This document shows, one piece after another, positions 7,302 through 11,707 of a DNA stretch of 11,707 nucleotides. A program made the position numbers and the translations under genes. Below the pieces are notes generated by a model, which made no database searches, was not told the DNA's origin, and saw only the letters and a list, made by a program, of their open reading frames with translations. Each line of letters begins with the position of its first letter. The first letter of the stretch is position 1. This DNA is from Phycisphaerae bacterium (GTDB lineage: Bacteria; Planctomycetota; Phycisphaerae; UBA1845; Fen-1342), in the NCBI GenBank assembly GCA_050115495.1, contig JASFQK010000070.1, positions 1-11,707 on the forward strand. Reading direction: 5' to 3'.

Positions 7302-7502
7302 GATGCCGATTCCAATGACCGCGGCGGGGCCTGGGGCGGGGATCGACCGCCCGAGAACTTCGGCCGACTCCGCGGACGTCTTACCAAACTCCCCCCCCAC
7401 CATTACCGATACAACACCCGGATGTACCTCAGAGGGCTGGAGCCCTGACGTCCTGACAGGATATCGCCGTCGGACAACTCGGAAGCCCGTGGAGGTGAGG
7501 CT

Positions 7503-8465
7503 GTGCGAACGATCTTTGTTACCGGTGCCGATGGCTACGCCGGCGGCCTACTCGCTCAAATGTTCCGTCAGCGAGGGTACGTCGTCGTCGCCGGGGTACG
7601 AAACCGAGCACGGAAACTAACCCACGAGCGACAGTACGGGCGGGCGATCGTCTGCGACGTCAGCGATGCGATCAACGTGGCCCAGGCCATCGCCGCGGCT
7701 CAGCCGCAGGCGGTCGTGCACCTGGCCGGTGACTCGCATCCCTGGATCGCCGGCGAACAGCCGCTTACGGCGTACCAGTCAATCGTCAGTGGCTGGGCGA
7801 ACGTGCTGGACGGCGTGCGACGGGTGTGCCCGCGGTCCCGGGTGCTGCTGGTCAGCGCGTGTGACGTCTACGGCCAGGCGGGAGCCGACGGGCAGCCGCT
7901 CACCGAAGACACGCCCACGCAGCCGACGAGCACCTTCGGATCGTTCAAGCTGGCCGCCGAATCCATCGCCCACACGTACTACGAGAAGTTCCACCTGGAC
8001 CTGACCGTGGCCCGCCCGTTCCACTACACCGGACCGGGACAGCCCGAGTCATTCTTCTTCGGGGCCGCGGCGAAGCGGCTGGCGAACTGGGATCCGGGGG
8101 CGGACGGGGACGAGTTATCGCTCCCGGACCTGAATTGCCGCCGGGACGTGCTGCACATCCAGGACGTGCTGGACGCGTACGACAAGCTGCTGCACGAAGG
8201 GAAGCCGAACGAGACGTATAACGTGTGCTCGGGCACGACGCACACCTGCCGCGAGCTGATTGAGACCATGATCCAGACGTCGCAGACGGCGGTGCGGCTG
8301 GTCGATCAGCCGGCGCCGGCCAGCGACGACGTGCCCACCGCGATCTGCGGGGACGCGACGAAGCTCCGCCAGGAGCTCGACTGGAAGCCGACACACACGG
8401 CGCAGCAGGCCGTGCAGGAGCTGGTTCGCAGCTTCCAGCAGGCCGCCACGCCGCAGACCGTCTGA
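7503..8465 (+). CDS. Extended SDR, NAD-dependent epimerase/dehydratase family (GDP-mannose 4,6-dehydratase/Rmd-like) with atypical active site
   Basis: SD ggagg 7491-7495 before GTG 7503. Rossmann motif FVTGADGYAG, then VVHLAG, VYG..LTEDTP, ARPFHYTGPGQ, RDVLHIQDV, ETYNVCSG, GDATKLRQELDWKP. The YxxxK motif reads FGSFK. Confidence 0.9.
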   Translation: MRTIFVTGADGYAGGLLAQMFRQRGYVVVAGVRNRARKLTHERQYGRAIVCDVSDAINVAQAIAAAQPQAVVHLAGDSHPWIAGEQPLTAYQSIVSGWANVLDGVRRVCPRSRVLLVSACDVYGQAGADGQPLTEDTPTQPTSTFGSFKLAAESIAHTYYEKFHLDLTVARPFHYTGPGQPESFFFGAAAKRLANWDPGADGDELSLPDLNCRRDVLHIQDVLDAYDKLLHEGKPNETYNVCSGTTHTCRELIETMIQTSQTAVRLVDQPAPASDDVPTAICGDATKLRQELDWKPTHTAQQAVQELVRSFQQAATPQTV

Positions 8466-8474
8466 CCGGGATCC

Positions 8475-8514
8475 GAGAGGCCCCCGGAGCCCCCAGGGCT
8501 TTGGGGGCCCTCTC
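8475..8514 (+). terminator. GC-rich hairpin after the SDR gene
   Basis: gccccca (8489-8495) / tgggggc (8502-8508); alternatively gagaggccccc (8475-8485) pairing with 8503-8514 with one bulge; no U-tract. Confidence 0.3.
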
Positions 8515-8554
8515 ATGCGCCGAAAACCCGCCAAAACCGACGCGGGGTGCCCCC

Positions 8555-8583
8555 TTGGCACCGGGGGGAAGGCTGGTTATACT
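8555..8583 (+). promoter_or_regulatory. Putative sigma70 promoter of the rpsP-trmD-rplS operon
   Basis: TTGGCA (8555-8560), 17-nt spacer, TATACT (8578-8583), about 90 nt upstream of the rpsP ATG. Confidence 0.65.
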
Positions 8584-8674
8584 TTGGGGCTCTGCGTTGA
8601 ATTGCGGCCGCGGGGCGGTGCCCGGCGGCGGCGAGGATGCGCTGCGTTCGAGTAGGTACCCTGCGGAGAGTGGC

Positions 8675-8929
8675 ATGGCCGTCAAACTCAAACTCAAGCG
8701 CTTCGGGCGGACCCACCGCCCGTTTTACCGTCTGGCTGCGATGGACGTGCGCTCCCGGCGAGACGGGCGCGTGCTCGAGGAACTGGGTGTGTACGACCCG
8801 GCCAACAAGGACGCGGCCGCCCAGATCCAATTGAAGATCGAGCGCGTCCAGCATTGGCTCAGCGTCGGGGCCCAGCCGACGGACACCGTGCGGAGCCTGT
8901 TGAAGAAGCAAGGGGTCACCGTCAAGTAA
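8675..8929 (+). CDS. rpsP: 30S ribosomal protein S16
   Basis: MAVKLKLKRFGRTHRPFYRLAAMDVRSRRDGRVLEELGVYDP...WLSVGAQPTDTVRSLLKK; true start ATG 8675 after ggag (ORF-track start 8501 is too long). Confidence 0.97.
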   Translation: MAVKLKLKRFGRTHRPFYRLAAMDVRSRRDGRVLEELGVYDPANKDAAAQIQLKIERVQHWLSVGAQPTDTVRSLLKKQGVTVK

Positions 8930-8959
8930 CGCGTGCACCACTGATGGTTCGAATCACCC

Positions 8960-9763
8960 ATGCGGATCGACGTCCTCACCTTGTTTCCCGAAGTGATGCA
9001 GCCGTATCTGTCGGCGAGCATCCTCGGCCGCGCCCAGGAGGCCGGCGTGGTGGACGTCTGCTGCCATCAGCTTCGCGATTACTCGACCGACCCGCATAAG
9101 AAAGTGGACGATCGCCCGTTTGGCGGCGGTCCAGGCATGGTGCTGATGTGTCAGCCCGTCTGTGACGCTGTCGAGGCGATCGAGGCGATGGACACTCGAA
9201 CGGCCCTGCGGATCCTCCTGACCCCGCAGGGCCGCTCGTTTGATCAGCAGGCGGCCGCCCGGCTCGCCGGGCACGAACGGCTCCTGCTCATCTGCGGGCA
9301 CTACGAGGGGTTCGACGAACGCATCATCGAGCGGCTGCAACCGGAAGAATACAGCGTCGGCGACTTCGTCCTCACCGGCGGCGAATTGGCCGCCCTGACC
9401 ATGATCGACGCCACGGTGCGGCTGCTACCGGGGGCACTCGGTCACGAAGAAGCGGCCGGCAACGAATCCTTCCAGAACGGCCTGCTCGACCATCCACAGT
9501 ACACCCGGCCCCGTGAGTACGCGGGGCTGACCGTGCCGGAGGTGCTGCTCTCCGGCAACCACGCCGATATCGACGCGTGGCGACGGTCCGAGGCCCTCAG
9601 CCGCACGCGGCGTCGGCGGCCCGATCTGCTCGGGCCCGGCCACACCGGCGGTGCGGGGATGGTCTCGCTCGGCGGCGCTGCACCGCGACGCGCGGCCCGC
9701 GGCCCCGACCACGCTCATGCCCTACTGCCAGAAAGAGAGGCGTTCCCATGCAAAACCCGCTAA
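8960..9763 (+). CDS. trmD: tRNA (guanine37-N1)-methyltransferase
   Basis: [82 protein letters not shown]. Confidence 0.97.
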   Translation: MRIDVLTLFPEVMQPYLSASILGRAQEAGVVDVCCHQLRDYSTDPHKKVDDRPFGGGPGMVLMCQPVCDAVEAIEAMDTRTALRILLTPQGRSFDQQAAARLAGHERLLLICGHYEGFDERIIERLQPEEYSVGDFVLTGGELAALTMIDATVRLLPGALGHEEAAGNESFQNGLLDHPQYTRPREYAGLTVPEVLLSGNHADIDAWRRSEALSRTRRRRPDLLGPGHTGGAGMVSLGGAAPRRAARGPDHAHALLPEREAFPCKTR

Positions 9764-10242
9764 TCGACGTCGTGGAAGGCAAGTATCATCGCGACAGCGA
9801 GCTCGAGTTCGACATCGGCGAAACGGTTCGCGTGACGATCAAGATCGTGGAGGGGAACAAGGAACGCCTGCAGAACTTCGAGGGCACGGTCATCGCCCGC
9901 AAGGGCCGCGGCCTGAACGAGATGTTCACCGTGCGGAAGCTGATCGGCGACGAGGGCGTCGAGCGCACCTTCCCGTTCCACTCGCCCAAGATCGTGGGCA
10001 TCAAGGTCGTGCGATGCGGCAAGATCCGCCGTTGCAAGCTGTACTACCTGCGTGATCGCGTCGGCAAGGCCCGCAAGCTCCGCGAGCGGCGCATCTCCGC
10101 CGAGGCCCGCCGCGCCGCCCAGGAAGCCCGCGCCGCCAAGGCTCGCGCCCTGCGTGAAGCCGAAGAGGCCGCCAAGGCCGCCAAGGCTCGCGAGCAGGCC
10201 GAGCAGGCGAGCCCGGAAGAAGTGACCGCGAACGAGTCCTGA
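9748..10242 (+). CDS. rplS: 50S ribosomal protein L19 with C-terminal extension
   Basis: [30 protein letters not shown]...FTVRK...[11 protein letters not shown]...[11 protein letters not shown]; start ATG 9748 after gagagg; overlaps the trmD 3' end by 16 nt. Confidence 0.96.
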   Translation: MQNPLIDVVEGKYHRDSELEFDIGETVRVTIKIVEGNKERLQNFEGTVIARKGRGLNEMFTVRKLIGDEGVERTFPFHSPKIVGIKVVRCGKIRRCKLYYLRDRVGKARKLRERRISAEARRAAQEARAAKARALREAEEAAKAAKAREQAEQASPEEVTANES

Positions 10243-10249
10243 TCGCGAC

Positions 10250-10621
10250 GTGGGCGACGCCCGTAGCGAGCTCGGTTTGCAGGGTGAACGCCTCGCCGAG
10301 AAGTACTTGCGTCGCCAGGGTCTCAAGACCATCGCCCGCCGCTACGCTACCCCCGTAGGAGAACTGGACCTCGTCATGCGCGACGGCGACACCGTCGTCT
10401 TCGTCGAGGTCAAGACGCGCCGCGACCGCGATTACGCCGACCCGCAGGACGCGGTCAACCGCACCAAGCAGCGGCGCATGGCCCGCTGTGCCCGCTGGTT
10501 TCTCGAACGGCGCCGCTGGGGCGAGTGCCCCTGCCGCTTCGACGTCGTCGGCGTCACCATCCCCCCTGCCGGCGATCCCGATATCGAGCATCTGCCCGAC
10601 GCGTTCGTTCCCGGGGACTGA
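10250..10621 (+). CDS. yraN: YraN/UPF0102 family putative endonuclease
   Basis: LGLQGERLAEKYL, GELDLVMRDGDTVVFVEVKTR, AVNRTKQRRM, CRFDVVGV, IEHLPDAF; usual position after rplS. Confidence 0.93.
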   Translation: MGDARSELGLQGERLAEKYLRRQGLKTIARRYATPVGELDLVMRDGDTVVFVEVKTRRDRDYADPQDAVNRTKQRRMARCARWFLERRRWGECPCRFDVVGVTIPPAGDPDIEHLPDAFVPGD

Positions 10622-10696
10622 CCAGCCCGCGCCGCCGCGTCGTCGTAGCGTCCAGGCTCCGCACCGAACGTCTTCGGAGAGAACAGGGAACAGAGA

Positions 10697-10749
10697 CAAG
10701 GGGGGACATTCTGCTCTTGCGGCAATGAAACAGTAGAATGCACCCTTTG
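10697..10749. repeat. Imperfect inverted repeat, REP-like (AAGGGG..CATTCT type)
   Basis: caaggggggacattctgct (10697-10715) versus the reverse complement of 10732-10749, caaagggtgcattctact; core cattctgct/agtagaatg pairs over 9 bp with one G-T. Confidence 0.55.
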
Positions 10750-10762
10750 CCTTGTTCTGCTC

Positions 10763-10813
10763 GTAGTAGTACTGGCCGTCGGCGCAGCGCAGAATGTGGG
10801 CGCACGAGGGCAT
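10763..10813 (-). pseudogene. Possible N-terminal remnant of a GIY-YIG (UPF0213/YhbQ-like) nuclease
   Basis: Minus-strand MPSCAHILRCADGQYYY resembles the family start 'YILRCADGSYYTG'; similarity ends after about 17 codons, close to the inverted repeat. Confidence 0.4.
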
Positions 10814-11615
10814 GCGCATGAGTGGGGCACGCGCGACGCCGCGTATCAAGGGGACCGCTGATGGGGAGGTGACTCGCCGGGTGGACGCCGACCGGCGGTA
10901 CTATTACGGCCAGGATCGGAACTGGAACGTGGTGACGCTGTACGAGTCGGACGACGGCGTGGGGACGGCGGGCCGGGTGCGGGAGTACTACGCGTACACG
11001 CCGTACGGGGAGTTCACGGTGCTCGGCGGCGACGCCGGCAGCGGCCTGCAAATCAGCGCCGGCGGCGTGTCGGGCGTCGGTAACGCCTTGCTGCATCAGG
11101 GGTTGTGGTTTGATGCGGAGAAGGGGAGCTATCAGAATCGGTGGCGGGAGTACGCACCAGACCGGTTCGTGCAGCGGGATCCTCTGACCACCGTAGAACT
11201 GCGGCATTGGCGGTATTACATTGGCTCACCGCGAGGGTGCTGCGCGTCATGCGGCCAGGTTGACCAGGGCATCTCTGGATGGGCGCCCGCCACCGAGGCC
11301 GGCGCGGGATACCAGGATGGCATGAATCTGTACGGGCGTGCCCGCAGTAACCCAGTGGTTGCGCTGGATCCCAGCGGGCTCTGGACACCGTGGCCCCCCT
11401 GGGGGCCGACTCGCCCGCCGTACCGGCACGGCAATGACGTCAACGGTTTCACTTGCGACTATTGCCGGGAGCGCTGGCGGTCGCGGACATACTGCTTGAT
11501 CTTCACGGAGTACGAACCGCAGTGTCAATGCTGGAGCCTGCAGAATGTGACCGGCCCTTGTCCTCCTGTGGGACCAGGGAAGAGCTATTGTCAAAAGTCG
11601 TTGATGGCGTCGTGA
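10794..11615 (+). CDS. Orphan/truncated RHS repeat-associated core with Cys-rich C-terminal tip, probably a pseudogene; start uncertain, 3' end apparently interrupted by IS
   Basis: YYYGQDRNWNVVTL, YYAYTPYGE, GNALLHQGLWFDAEKGSYQNRWREY..RFVQRDP, DGMNLY..SNPVVALDPSGL (DPxGL at 11367-11381). No YD-repeat shell and no clear SD/start. Confidence 0.8.
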   Translation: MWAHEGMRMSGARATPRIKGTADGEVTRRVDADRRYYYGQDRNWNVVTLYESDDGVGTAGRVREYYAYTPYGEFTVLGGDAGSGLQISAGGVSGVGNALLHQGLWFDAEKGSYQNRWREYAPDRFVQRDPLTTVELRHWRYYIGSPRGCCASCGQVDQGISGWAPATEAGAGYQDGMNLYGRARSNPVVALDPSGLWTPWPPWGPTRPPYRHGNDVNGFTCDYCRERWRSRTYCLIFTEYEPQCQCWSLQNVTGPCPPVGPGKSYCQKSLMAS

Positions 11616-11707
11616 TCAGGCGGCGGCTTTCTCGGGTTTTTCTCCGTCGATGAAGCGGACGCTGGCGATCACGTCCGGCAGAAGCTTCGCGCCATTCAGC
11701 GTCCGCC
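11582..11707 (-). mobile_element. Right end of a probable IS256-family insertion sequence (extends beyond the window)
   Basis: Terminal IR-like gagctattgtcaaaagtcg starts at 11582, 34 nt beyond the stop of a transposase-like C-terminus; recognised by recalled resemblance to IS256-family ends, not by a search. Confidence 0.72.
11616..11707 (-). CDS. C-terminal 29 aa of a probable IS256-family (Mutator-type) transposase
   Basis: Manual minus-strand translation (W)RTLNGAKLLPDVIASVRFIDGEKPEKAAA*, stop at 11618-11616; resembles the WRxLNG..LLxxVIxGVxFxDG C-terminus of one IS256 subgroup. Not in the ORF track. Confidence 0.75.
   Translation of the reverse strand, partial: RTLNGAKLLPDVIASVRFIDGEKPEKAAA

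Noticed and set aside
7302..7490. Divergent frr/SDR spacer with a C-run near 7390 as a phase-variable promoter or ncRNA
   Set aside because: The run is not in an identifiable promoter spacer and is unremarkable at this GC content.
6583..7620. 345-aa plus-strand ORF
   Set aside because: Antisense shadow of frr that starts inside the inverted repeat; no independent coding signal.
10001..10849. 282-aa minus-strand ORF as an intact GIY-YIG nuclease
   Set aside because: Only about 17 codons resemble the family; the rest crosses the repeat and is antisense to yraN and rplS.
11453..11653. 66-aa ORF as RHS immunity protein
   Set aside because: Overlaps the RHS tip out of frame and runs into the IS end; no SD or immunity-like features.

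Overview
GC-rich bacterial window. Gene content (dockerin-like C-terminal tags of the GDxNCDG..NNFDIAPF type; rpsP-trmD-rplS-yraN without rimM) suggests a planctomycete, probably Phycisphaerae; this is an inference. The left part (1-5309) holds four co-oriented envelope/secreted protein genes: a partial dockerin-tagged protein, a Zn-ribbon membrane protein, a poly-Pro/PrcB_C/carboxypeptidase-regulatory-like protein, and a 14-repeat beta-propeller protein with a dockerin-like tail. The middle has an orphan OppF/DppF-type ABC ATPase, a stand-alone frr, an extended SDR (Gmd/Rmd-like) that seems to lack its catalytic Tyr and Ser/Thr, and rpsP-trmD-rplS-yraN. The right end looks like a decaying accessory spot: a REP-like inverted repeat, a possible GIY-YIG remnant, and an orphan RHS core with a Cys-rich C-terminal tip apparently cut by the right end of an IS256-family element that the ORF track misses. 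I cannot support a complete novel system. The best leads are the putative SDR pseudoenzyme, the dockerin-tagged secretome cluster, the IS-interrupted RHS tip and the AAGGGGA-type inverted repeats.
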